From: Vicugna vicugna
Taxonomy: Eukaryota
Assembly (NCBI GenBank): GCA_013265495.1
Contig: MU058718.1
Coordinates: 4,784,404-4,848,403, forward strand
Reading direction: 5' to 3'
DNA length: 64,000 nucleotides
The position numbers and the translations under genes are program-made. The notes below the pieces were generated by a model. It did no database searches and had not been told where the DNA came from. It saw only the letters and a program-made list of their open reading frames with translations. Of the stretch, positions 1 through 11,520 are shown piece by piece. Every line of letters begins with the position of its first letter. Position 1 is the stretch's first letter.

Positions 1-540
1 AAGGCAGGGGAAAAAAAGCACATTAATGATTTTCATAATATTACCATCATTGAAAATGTTTAAAAATAATTTTCCCCTGGATTTAGTGTTAGAAAGTGTT
101 TTTCATATATAGATTTCTGTAATTGTTTTTCGCCTTCCAGGTTTCTTTGGTAATTTTTCAAATAAGACGATGAAAAACTTTAAAACTTTAAAATTTGGAT
201 GATAAAATGATTTGCAGGAAACTGCACTACCACTTAGGTTTCCTCAGAGTTTCAGGTGATTGAGAGCATTGACCCAAAATAACCATCAGCTGGCAGTTCT
301 CAGGGTTACTGAGGCTCGTGGTTGTACTGTGAATTTTGTACACCTGCTGCAAAAAGACTCAATGGTCAATTGGTACTGTTGAGAAGTCTTTTAAAATTTA
401 ATTTTATTAAAACATTTCACTTAAGGTCACTCTTTTGGCAGGAGTGAGGTCAATTTCCATTTCATTAATTAAGGAATTATATGTGGAAATGAGATAATTG
501 ATACAATATTTTCACTTTATACCAGTGATATTTTAGTAGC

Positions 541-929
541 TGCTATGGATTGAATGTTTGTGTCCCCTGCCCTACCCCCCGTATTCATCTGTTGAAACCC
601 TAATTGACAATGTGATGGTATTTGGAAATGGGTTCTTTGGGAGGTAATTAGGTCCTAAGAGTGGAATCCCTCCCACTCCCCATCATAGCATTAGTATCTT
701 TAGAAGAAGAGACGTTGGAGAGCTTACTTCCTGTGTCTCCCCCTGCCATGTGAAGACACAGCAGAAAAACAGGCATCTGCAGCAGGAAGAGCGCTCTCAC
801 CAGAACCCGACTGTCCTGGCACCCTGATCTCAGACTTTCCAGCCTCTGGGACGAAGAGAAGTAACTTTTTGTTGTTTTTAAGCCCCAAGTCTATGGTAAT
901 CTGTTGTGGCAGCCTGAGCCGGTAAGACT
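541..929 (+). mobile_element. MaLR solo LTR, MLT1A/MLT1B-like
   Basis: Starts TGCTATGGATTGAATGTTTGTGTCCCC; contains AATGTGATGGTATTTGGA, CCATGTGAAGACACAGC and GGCACCCTGATCTCAGACTTTCCAGCCTC; ends in ...TATGGTAATCTGTTGTGGCAGCC...AAGAC, all MLT1A hallmarks. Confidence 0.85.
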
Positions 930-2669
930 TACTGCTGAAAAACTGGTGCCCGACCGAGCCGGCCTTGATTTGTCCTCTGAGTTGCGCTCATGCATGCGTG
1001 GGTAGGCTGAGGTGTCTTAATCAAAGCCCGTGGCAGAGCTCTGGGTAGAGGGCTGGGGCTCATGGGGTGATTCCCCCGCTCCGCTTCCCCTAGTCGATGC
1101 TTACACCAGAACACGGTGTCTGCTTGTATTTATGGTTTTATTTCTGTCATTTACTCGATAATGTATGATTTTAAGCAATCCTTTATAACTAATCTAGTAC
1201 AGCAGCTTATAAGATCAGGATATACTTAATGAGAGAAAGAAATGCTGAAAGGAAAAACTGATGAGAACTCTAGGAAATGCAACCTTTTTATACTACAAGA
1301 TGTGTGCTGAGTCCTTTTTTTACGTAGAGACAATACTACTGCAGATTTGGGCTGGAGCAGGGAAAAATAGAATGGCAAAGTGCAACCCAGTGCCATTTAG
1401 AAAATTTGGAACACACCAATTCAATTATATTGTCTGCCGTTGGTGGAAAGTTCTGATTTTCGTATTCCTCGCTGGCACAGGAACTAGGAACAGAAGGCCA
1501 CGAGGAAGGCTTATGTGACATGCCAATGTGTATTTCTATCTGGAGTGATATGGCAGATAAAAGAGAGACCTACTCGGTCTTCTGAATATGCTACATCAAA
1601 TCCTATGATTGGATGCTATTAAACAGAAATAAACACCTAGGGCACAGACGAAATGGGGAAAAGAAACAACTGAATAAATAAAGCACACGCAAGAGACTTT
1701 GGTTTTTGAAGGGAATCAGCTTTTAAATTTTCAGTTGGAAAAATGTGTAGTATACTGTATATATGTATTCACATGCAATATAATGTGTATGTGCAGTCGA
1801 ACTGTAATAATTCTACCTATTAAAACTGAAAAAGAAATAAACATTTTCAGTTGGAGCTCAGTATTTAAAATCTGCAATTACCTTAGTCTCCTCCGAATTT
1901 GAATCTTTCCTAAACTCATAGGTTACCAAAAGAAGAGTTGTTTAGAAGTGCAAATGGTGATAAGTACTAGAAATAGGTAATAATGTGATATCTCAAAGTT
2001 CGTGATATGAAGATCCTTTGTAGTATTCAGTGCTTTGGGAAGTCAGCCTGCTGTTTTGAGTATACATTGTGTTGAGGTGTGTGGGAATCCTAATTGGGTG
2101 GTGGAAACTTTGAGGATCCAGTGAAGAGGAAGTGATCCTGGGTCAACACAGAACACTGATAGACAGTGAGACCCGAGGTGGCGCCTACCAGTAGACGGAA
2201 CAATTTCCCCCCTCCTGGTAGCAGAGAGGGCTTGGTTATTGATGTACCTCAGGTGGAGACCAGACACACGTTCCAGGACAGCCTGCGGTTTCCCGGAAGG
2301 GAAGGCATTCCATGCCAGCTTTTTCATGGAGGAGAGCCAGCAACAAACGAAAGAAGAAATGGTTGTTTGAGGAAGAGCAGAGAGAGATTTTCTGGCTATT
2401 TTTAAAGACTTGGCATATACAGTGGAGTCCTGGCAAAGCTGTGAGAAAACACAGAAGCAAATCTTGCTTCTGGGTCTTGCATAAATGTTAGGGAAAAGGA
2501 AAAAGCATGTGGTCAAGGACAAAGATAATGTTTTTGCAGGTTGAGGTCATTTGAATTTTCAAGGTCAGGGAGTAGTGTATGCGCTTAATGTGTAACATGT
2601 GGGCTTATCTGAGAACTGTTTCTGCTATTTATGTACTTGTAACTTTCTAACTCCTTAGCCTGCTTTATT

Positions 2670-2826
2670 TTATTTTTTTAACACGGCGTTTATCACCACC
2701 ATGTTATATATTCATCTGTTTATTCTTAGTTTCCTTCTGCTTACTTTATAAAGGCAGGGACTTTTCTGGCTTCATTTATTTATGTCTGTTGAATGGTATC
2801 AGATGCAGACTAAATACTGAAATAAA
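2670..2826 (+). mobile_element. Degenerate L2 3' end
   Basis: AAAGGCAGGGACTTTT...TAAATACTGAAATAAA resembles an L2 terminus. Confidence 0.4.
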
Positions 2827-2929
2827 GGTGTTTATATATTATTGTGGCTAATGCTGGTCCTGGAAGTCCAAGGTATTTGCAGGAGTCTGAGATAGAATTG
2901 GGGGAGGGGAAGAAAAATGTGCCTGTTAG

Positions 2930-3470
2930 TGGGTGTAATGGTCTAAGAAGATGCCCACAAACTGATCCAAAATGTGGAGGCTGAGTTCCCTCCCCTCATG
3001 TGCGGGCTGTACTTAGTGACTCAGTTCTAAGGCACTGACTGTGGCAGAACCAATGGGTGTAACTTCTGTGTCTGGGCCATAAAAGACATGCTGGTTGTTT
3101 TCTTTGTTCTCTCTCTGGTACCCTCGCTCTGTTTACTCTGGGGGAAGCCACCTGCCATGTTCACAAGCAGCCCTGGGGAAGGGTCCATGTGGCAAGGAAC
3201 TGTTGTTCTGGCCAATAGCCAGTGAAGAGCTGAGGCTTCTGCCAACAACCACACGAGTGAGCTTCGAACAGGTCTTCCAGCTCAGGTCAAGCCGTCAGCT
3301 GCCGGCAGCCCCTGAGAGCATCTTGTTTGCAACTTCATGAAAGACCTTGAGTCAGAGTCGCCCAGCTACGGCACTTCCAAATTCCTGAACCTCAAAATTG
3401 GTATAAGAAATGTTTGTTGTTTTAAGCCACTAAGTTTGGGGGTAATATGTTTGGCAGCAACAGATAACTA
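2930..3470 (+). mobile_element. MaLR solo LTR, MLT1F/G-like
   Basis: CTCTGGGGGAAGCCACCTGCCATGTT, CCATGTGGCAAGGAACTG and the terminal TGTTGTTTTAAGCCACTAAGTTTGGGGGTAATATGTTTGGCAGCAACAGATAACTA. Confidence 0.8.
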
Positions 3471-3845
3471 CTAGAGGGAGGAATCTGCCCCCGAGAAATA
3501 ATCTGCCCCCTAGAAATGGTTCAGACAATGGCAGTAACCTGGGAGATGAAAGGAAAACGGTGTGGATGGCAATGCACACGTCTACTCCTACATGTTTTTA
3601 TCTCTTTTTTCCACTTGGTCTCTTTTTTGGGGAGAAGACCATATGTTTTACATTTTTACAACCTCCTGCAGTGCCTACTCTCCTGCACATTATCAACAGC
3701 TAATAAATGATGATGACAAGTCTTACAAATGTATGATGCAGTTCTGAGCTAGGACAGAGGGCAGTTTCTACATCAAGATGTCCTTCCCTTTTTCTGTTCA
3801 GTTCCATTGTGTAGATCAAGATTTGTCATATCCAGGGAATGAAGA

Positions 3846-3880
3846 GTGTGTGTGTGTGTGTCTGTGTGAGAGAGAGAGAG
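3846..3880. repeat. (TG)n(AG)n compound microsatellite
   Basis: Seen directly in the sequence. Confidence 0.95.
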
Positions 3881-4282
3881 AAAGATAGAACAGTCTGTAA
3901 CAGCCACATCATAGCTTTTCAGACTCACATCACATACAGCCTGAAAACATGTACAAAAGCAGATTTAAACTGCTTTGTGATCAATTCAATTTTTCTTGAA
4001 AATTTGCTGAAAATCTGGTCCTTACCTAACGGGGATTTAATTAACTCCTGGCCAGAAAAGTTTGCTGCAGAAATGTTTCCTTTTAACTAATTTAAAATTA
4101 TTTCAAGATGTGAATGCAAAATCTCAAATGCTATTAGACATTGTTAAGGATTTGGAAAAAGATTTCTCTTAGATTTTTAAAGGAAAAGTGTGTAGTCCCT
4201 CTTTGAGAGTTTGTTATGCCATGACATCTTTCTCAGCATTCAGAAGTGGAAAACCCTGATGAAGTTGTCTGTCTTAACCCCA

Positions 4283-4392
4283 GGCAGTGATGTTGGCTTT
4301 GGGAGTCAGACTGACCTGGGTCTCACCGTTTACGAGTTATGTGACCTTGAGCAAATGACGTAGCTTTGCTGATGTGTAGCTGTCCCATCTGC
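4283..4392 (+). mobile_element. MIR SINE fragment
   Basis: GGCTTTGGGAGTCAGACTGACCTGGG...TGTGACCTTGAGCAAATGAC core. Confidence 0.7.
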
Positions 4393-5439
4393 AGCCCCTC
4401 TCCCATTCATTCACCAGATCAACTCAGTAGATGATGACATTGATGATCTAGGCACTGTATTTGAAGCCAGGCCACGTGGCGATGGGCTGGTAGCTTGGTA
4501 CTTAAAATGATCTTCAAATTGGGAAAATTATTCTGTTGCCCGCTGCCACCCATGAGGTATTCTACAGGGCACAAGTTTCATGGTTTCGATTACACAGACA
4601 TGACTATGAGGGAGGGCTAAGTGGGCTGAGCGCAGCCTCGGGGTCAGAGCTGGCTGTTAGGGGAACGTGTCGGCAGAGTCGTGGTATAAAAGGGCACTGC
4701 AGTGTTCCTGCCATCACTCTTGGCTTGTGTCAGGCGTGCTTTAAAGTGTGAGCCCAATTTAGGTGTAGCTATATATTTTCAATGTTATGGATGAATATGA
4801 GTGATTTAGAAAAGGTTTGTGTGTGTGTGAACCAGGACGATGTGGCTCAGCAAAGCCTAGTTGGGTGAATTAATTATGTCTCGGTAAGCCTGGCAAATTC
4901 TGGCTTTCCAGCTTGAAGCGTATTCTGTGCTTGAGGCTTCCTCGTCAGTGAAGAGAGTAGGCCCGCTGCTCCGACCAGACAGCAGTGCGATGTGGATCTG
5001 GGAGTGATGAAGTTGCCTTAGCCCTCAGTGTCGCTGAACCAGAACAATGTGAGAAATAGAAACAATAGCCCCAGCTAACAATTACTTATTGCTTAACTAT
5101 GTGCCGGGCGACATAGTTTTTCACATGGATCATACAGCCTGACACCCCCATCTCTCTGCCCTCTGCCTCAGGCCATCTTAAAAGGGAGCCGGTATTCCTG
5201 GCTACTGTTGGCATGGTGGTAGTTACCCTGTGCTTTATTACTTCCCCTCGCCCACCCCAAGGACCTCGCTTCCCACTAGCTGTTGGCCTTCTAGAGTCCC
5301 TCTTTCCTTTCTGTCATGATTCACTCTGGAACATTTCCATCAGCTATTTTTCCTTTGTCTCTCCCCACCACCCCCAATAACCCAGTGATATTGAAGAGTG
5401 TCGTTTAAACTTTGGTAACTCTCTCTCACACGGAGGAGG

Positions 5440-5720
5440 TCATTCATTCAGCGTGCTTTGTTATAGGCACGGAAGGGAGAGCAGTGAATGAACAGACCAG
5501 AGTCCCTGCCCTAGCTTACATTCTGGTGGGGGGAGCTGGATGATACACAAGACAATGAAGCAGGACGTGTAGCACCACAGAGAGTGTCAGTCCCGGGGAG
5601 ACGAATAAAGCGGGGAACAGGAATGAGGTAGAGATGGGAGGAGACCTCGCAGTTGCAGACAGAACGTCTAGGGAAGATCTTACTGAGAAAGTGGCTTTTG
5701 AGTAAAGAGTTGGAGGAGGT
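5440..5720 (-). mobile_element. L2 3' fragment
   Basis: CATTCATTCA tail; AGCAGTGAATGAACAGAC...CCCTGCCCT..CTTACATTCTGGTGGGG; ACTGAGAAAGTGGCTTTTGAG. Confidence 0.7.
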
Positions 5721-6021
5721 GGAGAGCAGATTGTGGCTGTAACCTCAGCTGGGGCCCCATTAATGAGCAGCAATTATTTTGCACATCTCTTTGGACTCAG
5801 TGTCACATACTACAGAACTTTCCCAAATCCCTTTCTTTAAGCTCCTTCCAAGTCCTTACCTTTATGAACTCAAGGTGTTTCATCCTTTACCTGGTAGGAC
5901 TGAGCACAGAAGTTATTCTGCTGATATTTATTGAAAGTCAGTCATACAGAATGATCAAATAATCCTGATCTCGGGAGCTTAAATTTTAGTTTATAGAGCT
6001 TATATTTTAGCATCATTACCC

Positions 6022-6103
6022 CGTCTTGTCTTTCTTTTTTCCTCCTTCCCTCTTTTTTCTTTCTTCCTTTCCTTTTCTTTCTTTTCTTTCCTTCCTTCCT
6101 TCC
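6022..6103. repeat. CT-rich low-complexity tract
   Basis: Almost pure pyrimidine run on the + strand; it produces the spurious K/R-rich ORF 5942..6214. Confidence 0.85.
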
Positions 6104-6132
6104 AATTGTCTCCATCTTTATTCTCCTGCCCT

Positions 6133-6275
6133 GAAGGTTTATTGTGGTATAATTGACAAATAAAATTGTAAGATATTTAAAGTGTACCACATGGTGATCG
6201 ATACACGTATACATTGTGAAAGGATTCCCTCCATCTGGCTAATTAACACACCCAGCACCTCACATGCTTATCTAT
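6133..6275 (-). mobile_element. L1 3' end (L1MA-type)
   Basis: TTTATTGTGGTATAATTGACAAATAAAATTGT...ATATTTAAAGTGTAC...TATACATTGTGAAAGGATT...CTAATTAACAC. Confidence 0.8.
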
Positions 6276-6619
6276 TCTTTACTTACTGCTATTTTAAAGG
6301 AGTAACTTAACTTTTTTCCACCCGTTTGTGTTATCGGTCTCAACTTTTGCCTTCCTCTAAAACTGAGTGCCGCCAATAATTGCCCTTTTGTTTGTCAAGT
6401 CTTTCCTTTCCTGCTTCACTAGCCGCTCACTTCCCTACTGCTTACAGGCGTGTTGAGGCCGCCCCACTCCTAAAACACCTTCTCTTAGTTCTCCTTCCAG
6501 TTGTTGTGCGCACTTACTCCTCACTTTCCTTTCATTGACAGTCATCTTGAAAGTTTCACTGCATTGTTTGTCTCTTTACCATGATCGTTTCAAATGGAAA
6601 ATCAAAGCACATGGTGTAT

Positions 6620-6921
6620 TAAATGAACTTATTTACAAAACAGAAACAGGCTTATGGACATAGAAAAGAAACTTGTGGTTGCCAACGAGGAAAGGGAGGG
6701 AGGGATAAATTGGGAGTTCTGGATTTGCAGATGCACACTATTATACATAAAATAAATAAACAAGGTCTTGCTGTATAGCACAGGGAAGTATATTCCTTAT
6801 CTTATAATATCCTATAAAAAAGAATATGTATAACTGAGTCACTTTGATGTATATCAGAAACTAACATGACACTGTAAATCAGTTCTACTTCAATTAAAAA
6901 ATAAAAAACAAACAAAACCCC
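6620..6921 (+). mobile_element. 5'-truncated artiodactyl/camelid L1 3'UTR with TSD
   Basis: AATGAACTTATTTACAAAACAGAAACAG...GTATAGCACAGGGAA...CTTCAATTAAAAA; TSD CACATGGTGTAT (6608-6619) / CACATGATGTAT (6922-6933). Confidence 0.9.
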
Positions 6922-7189
6922 CACATGATGTATGAGACAGAATAAGTTGACATTGGGAATGTTCCAGAAAATCTAGGGTAGATTACCTGATTCCTACCTA
7001 TGAACTGAACCCACCCATGATTTTACTGAAAACGCTCTCTTCATAGCCCCCAATATCCAAAGCAATTTTGTCTCATTGTGCTTGAGCTCTGTGTGGAAAT
7101 TTACAGTTGTTGGTACTGTTGATGTCCTTTCTCTTAGCAGGGGACAGCTGTCTCCGTTATCCCAGTTTTTTGAGAAACGTGACTCCTGA

Positions 7190-8891
7190 CTCAAACTCCT
7201 TATTCATTGTTGATCTGTACATATTTTCAGATTCTTCACGAATTCTTGGCCTATTCTATTGCTGAACTTGGAGTCTCTCTTCAGATTTGAGACGTTCTTA
7301 GTCATTATTTGTTTAAATAAGCTTCCTGTCCTTTCTCCCTCCCTCTCCCCTCTGGGACTTCAGTAACATATAGGTTGTTTCTTTTAATGGCATCCCATAG
7401 TTCACATAAGTCTCTCTTCAACTTTTTTTCATTCCTTTTTTGTTCTCCTCTGACTGAATAATTTCAAAGCATATGTCATTTACTTCACAGATTCTTTTTT
7501 TCTTTTGCTTGATCTAGGTTGAGATATGATGCTCTCTGTTGCATTTTTCATTTAACTCACTGTATTCTTCAGCTCCAGAATTTTTTCTGTTTGGTTCTTT
7601 TTTATGATTTCTGTCTCTCTTTCAAGCTTTTCATTTTGTTTGTGTGTCGTTTTCCTAATTTTTTGAAACTGGCTTTTTATGTTTCCTTCTAGCCCACTGA
7701 GCTTTCTTTTTTTGAGGGGGGGTGGAATTAGGTTTATTTATTTATTTATTTTGAGAGGAGGTACTAGGGATTAAGCCCAGGACCTCGTGTATGCTAAGCG
7801 TGCGCGCTTCCGCTTGAGCTGTATCCTCCCCCAGCCCCCATGCTGAGCTTTCTGAAAACAACTGTTCCAGTTCTTTACTGAGCAAATTGCAGATCTCCAT
7901 TTTTGGGGATTTAGTTACTGAAAAATTACTATGTTCCTTGGGTGGTGGTGTTTTCTTGATTTTTCGTGCTCCTTGAGTCTTGTGTTGCTGCCTTCACGTC
8001 TGAAGAAGCAGTCACGTCCTCCAGTCTTTAAGACCGGCTTCAAGGGAGAGAGTCCTTCCTTCAGCCCTGCTAGGGATTCTGAAGCTTCCTCAGACTTCTT
8101 CTGCGAATATACCTGCTGGTCATTTTTTGTTCCCTCTTGTGGCAGAATTCTTAAGCTTGTATACTCTCTCTTGATCCTGTAAAGGCCGGGTGCTGACAGC
8201 CTCCCTTTTGCTCTCGCCTAGGGTGGTGCTAAATGTTCATATTTGTTTTCTCCCACGTCTGCAGGGTTAGGCTGCCTTCTGCACATGCTCACTAGCCTCC
8301 TGGAAGAGCTCGCTCCTCCCGCCTGGAAGAGTGCGCAGGTTGCAGGTCACAGGACTGGGGGCTGTGTGGGTTTGGTGCAGGGAGTGTTGGGGGAGCTCAT
8401 GGACTAGACGGGGAAGCTTCCTGATGGGGTCTGTGAAGTAGCTGGTAAGACCCACTTAACCTTGGCACATTCTGTCCTCCTCCCTGGCTGCTGTTCTGCA
8501 CATGCTCCCTGCCCCACAGCTCACAAGTCAGTGTTCTTGATGGGTGAGGAAGAAGTTGGTTTCTTTGACAATATCCTACAAACTGGGGAAGCTGGGTGCT
8601 CACTTGTGCATTCCCATTCCATGGGAGAAATATGGGCCAAGAAGGTCTCTCTTGGCACTGAGCTGTGCTGTTTGGGGGGAGGAGTGATGCAGGTAAAGTG
8701 ACACTGTTCTTCTTATCCTCTTCAATACTTCCAGTCTCAGAATTTTTAGCTCCAGTGGTGTGCTAGAACTTCTCCACTGAACTCCTGGACTTCCCCAAAG
8801 GCTCCTTTGTCCATGGGTGATTGTTTCACTGGTGTTCTTTGGGGAAAGACAGTGGAAAATTCTTATTTTGTCATGATGATATCATCACTCC
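7190..8891 (-). mobile_element. Old L1M 5'UTR plus N-terminal ORF1 remnant, interrupted by a SINE
   Basis: T-rich antisense ORF1-like sequence (TGTATTCTTCAGCTCCAGAATTT...TTGGTTCTTTTTTATGATTTCTGTCTCT) grading into a GC-richer 5'UTR-like segment ending ...ATCATCACTCC. Confidence 0.7.
7708..7832 (-). mobile_element. Camelid tRNA-derived SINE (vic-1 type), full length
   Basis: Reverse complement reads GGGGGAGGATACAGCTCAAGCGG...CTTAGCATACACGAGGTCCTGGGCTTAATCCCTAGTACCTCC-(AAAT)n-CCTAATT-C-rich-A tail, with A/B-box-like motifs; flanked by CTGAGCTTTCT at 7697-7707 and 7843-7853. Confidence 0.9.
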
Positions 8892-9704
8892 TTAATTTAA
8901 ATGCAGCTTTTCTTTATATTAAAGAATGAGAAACATTATAATGTTATTAGTTAACAAAGCCATTTTTGTTCCAATTGAAAGTAACATGGGGCCTTGACTG
9001 TAACCTCTAATTTAGCTTTTGTTCACGTTAATAGCAAGTGATGAAATTACCTGATATAAAAGAGTCCTGGATTTATTGGAATCAGATTTCGCTTTTCAAA
9101 CTTGTGTAGGGACTAAGGATATTCCTTTTGAGATTCAAAATTATTAAAATACCTTTGATGGATGAAAGTAGCCCCAGCTAAGGTCACCTGGAAGAAGGTG
9201 CTTGCTCTTAAGGAAAAACTCATTATAATGTAAAGGCAGTTCTGGACTAGTGATTTGGGATCTCTGCTAGGTCCTTGGTGGTTAAGGAGGAGAAATGATA
9301 TGAAACTAAGCACGTGAAGATTTTTTTCTTACCAACTCTCCTTACTGTGAGCATGCTCTGAGGAAACTGGCTATACATATTTGCAGTGAAAAATTATAAC
9401 ACTCATGGAAAGAATGACCCCCTTCTGCAACCTGAGGAAACTTGCTACTTTGGGAGGGTCTGGACCATCAACAAACAGGTGGTCAGATAAGAACCTCAGC
9501 CCCAGTTGCAAAGCTTCAGCTTTCTAGGCTTTGTCAAGTGAAGGCTCTAGAACAATTGTCATTAGCAAGGAGAGGGGAGGAATATTTTCTGACTACCCAA
9601 ATTTTGACTGTCTCTAGTATTTTGAGTTGGCAGCATTAGCAGCTGGCAGTGTGATCCTGACCTAGAGCTGTCCAGTGCTTCTCTGGACATTACTTCACAC
9701 TGAA

Positions 9705-9860
9705 GACCAGTCTTCAGTGTACATATGAATCTTCTGAGGATCTTGTTCAAGTGTAGGTTCTAATTCACTGGATAGGTGGTGAATCCCAGGATTCTGCATT
9801 TCTCCTAAGTTCCCAGGTAATAGTAATGCTTCTGGCCTAAAGATCATACTTTGTGTAGCA
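9705..9860. mobile_element. MER5A-like hAT-Charlie MITE
   Basis: GAATCTTCTGAGGATCTTGTT...CCCAGGATTCTGCATTTCTCCTAAGTTCCCAGGTAAT...CATACTTTGTGTAGCA. Confidence 0.75.
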
Positions 9861-9864
9861 GAGA

Positions 9865-10379
9865 GTGATAGAAAAGATTTGTGGCCCCCAAGAAGATCTA
9901 ATGCCCTAACCCCCAGGACTAGGAGCATGTTACCTTATATGGCAAAAGACACTTTGCAGGTGTGATTAAGTTTACTAATCCACTGACCTTAAAATAGGAA
10001 GCTTATCTTGGATTATCTGAGTGGATCCAATATAATTACATGAGCCCTTAAAATCAGAGGAGAGGAGAATGTCAAAGAGATTCCACATGTGAGAAGGGCT
10101 TCATGTGCAATTGCTGGTTTGAAGATGGAAGGGCCATGTGGAAAGTGTGAGGAGGGAGTGGATTCTGCCAACATCCTGAATGTGCTTGAGAGTGTTCTTT
10201 TCCAGAGCATCAAGTAAGGCATGGAGCCCTTGCCTCGTTTGTGATCGTATCAGACAGTCCCGCTGAGCTATTCTGTGTCCAGAATTATGAGCTACAGAAA
10301 TTATGAGATAATAAATGGGTATTGGCTTAATTGCTTAATTTGAGGTAATTTGTTATGACAACAATAGAAAACCAATACA
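9865..10379 (+). mobile_element. MaLR solo LTR, MLT1D/E-like
   Basis: ATGTTACCTTATATGGCAAAAGACACTTTGCAGGTGTGATTAAG; TTATCTTGGATTATCTGAGTGGATCCAAT; terminal GGTAATTTGTTATGACAACAATAGAAAACCAATACA. Confidence 0.85.
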
Positions 10380-10704
10380 AGGCAATCTAGAGCACCTCGA
10401 ATCAGCATGAAATCATCCTGCGTTAAGAGGGTAAATCTGAGTTGCAGATCCAGGGAAGGTGTGAGAACAATCAAAATTGGCCTTTGCATTGACTAGATTC
10501 CTAGTTTCTCAGAATTATTAAGGAAGGCAGGAGCCTGACAGATGAAGGATGCTCTCACAATAGAGAGATGTAGGGCCTTGGAGTCATATTAAAATAGAAT
10601 ATTTAGAGAGGTTCTCCAAGCTGGCAACTTATAGGTCATAATATATATGCAAATTATTATGTATAATTATATGTGATATGTATAATTATAAATAATGTGT
10701 TACA

Positions 10705-10992
10705 CATAAAGCCATATATTGTATGAATCCCTTCATATGTAATGTCCAAAATAAGCAAATCTATAAAAATAGAAATATTAGTGGTTACTGAGGACTAGAG
10801 AAATGAGTAAGAAGATAGGGGAATGGGAAGAGGCTGCTGATGGGCACAGTTTCTTTTGGGGTGATGAAAACGGTCTGAAATTGACTGGTGATGGCTGCAC
10901 AGTTCTGTGAATAGACTACACCATTGATTTGCACACTTTAAATGAGTTAATTGTATAGTATGTGAAATGTATCTCAATAAAATTGTTTTTTT
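10705..10992 (+). mobile_element. L1MB-type 3' end with perfect 16-bp TSD
   Basis: ATATTGTATGAATCCCTTCATAT...GGGGTGATGAAAAC...TATCTCAATAAA; TAAATAATGTGTTACA at 10689-10704 and 10993-11008. Confidence 0.88.
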
Positions 10993-11021
10993 TAAATAAT
11001 GTGTTACAAGTAGTATCTATG

Positions 11022-11520
11022 TACTGAGAGGCAATTCTTTATGTATGTCTGCACTCTTGCAAGCAAAAGCACTGACAGCTTTTCCTGCAGACAATCCTTT
11101 CAAGAATGTTTGTATAGTGAACAGCCTTGGAAGATAGAGTGATGTCTTCCTCTGGAGCAGGGGCAGGTTTATTTACTGTCCAGTATAAAAAGACCATACT
11201 ATACTGTAGGGCAGATTTGCTTGCTGCCTATTATAAAAGGTTGGGTTTCCTTTAGCTTGATATTCCTTGGCTGTGATGAAAACCCCCTATGTGTACAGCA
11301 TCTCTGGGAGATACTCAATGTTACCCCCACGGGACTTGGGCAATAAGGAGAACCAGTGTCAATGTGAAGTTTGTGCTTGCTGTGCCGTGAGTAATTGTGT
11401 CCTTCATCTCTGACCTAGAAATTTCTTGTCTTCTGTCATTGACCACGAAGGGGTGGCAGGCTAATTTGTTAGGTTAGCACCAAGGTTAAGTTAAAACCTC
11501 AGACTTTGACAGTTCTTAAC
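11022..11520 (+). mobile_element. ERV1 solo LTR, MER89/MER90-like
   Basis: CTTTTCAAGAATGTTTGTATAGTGAACAGCCTTGGAAGATAGAG; GTGGCAGGCTAATTTGTTAG; probable 4-bp TSD TATG (11018-11021 / 11521-11524). Confidence 0.75.

Noticed and set aside
2043..2522. Longest ORF in the track (159 aa, minus strand)
   Set aside because: No recognisable domain, non-ATG start, no supporting splice structure; length expected by chance
3482..3517. 18-bp tandem duplication (similar short duplications at 12096-12130 and about 19071-19097)
   Set aside because: Ordinary slippage duplications with only two copies; not a CRISPR-like or periodic array
5942..6214. K/R-rich ORF
   Set aside because: Translation of a low-complexity purine tract plus an L1 3' end
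7708..7832. tRNA-like sequence
   Set aside because: It is a tRNA-derived SINE with a tail and TSD, not a tRNA gene
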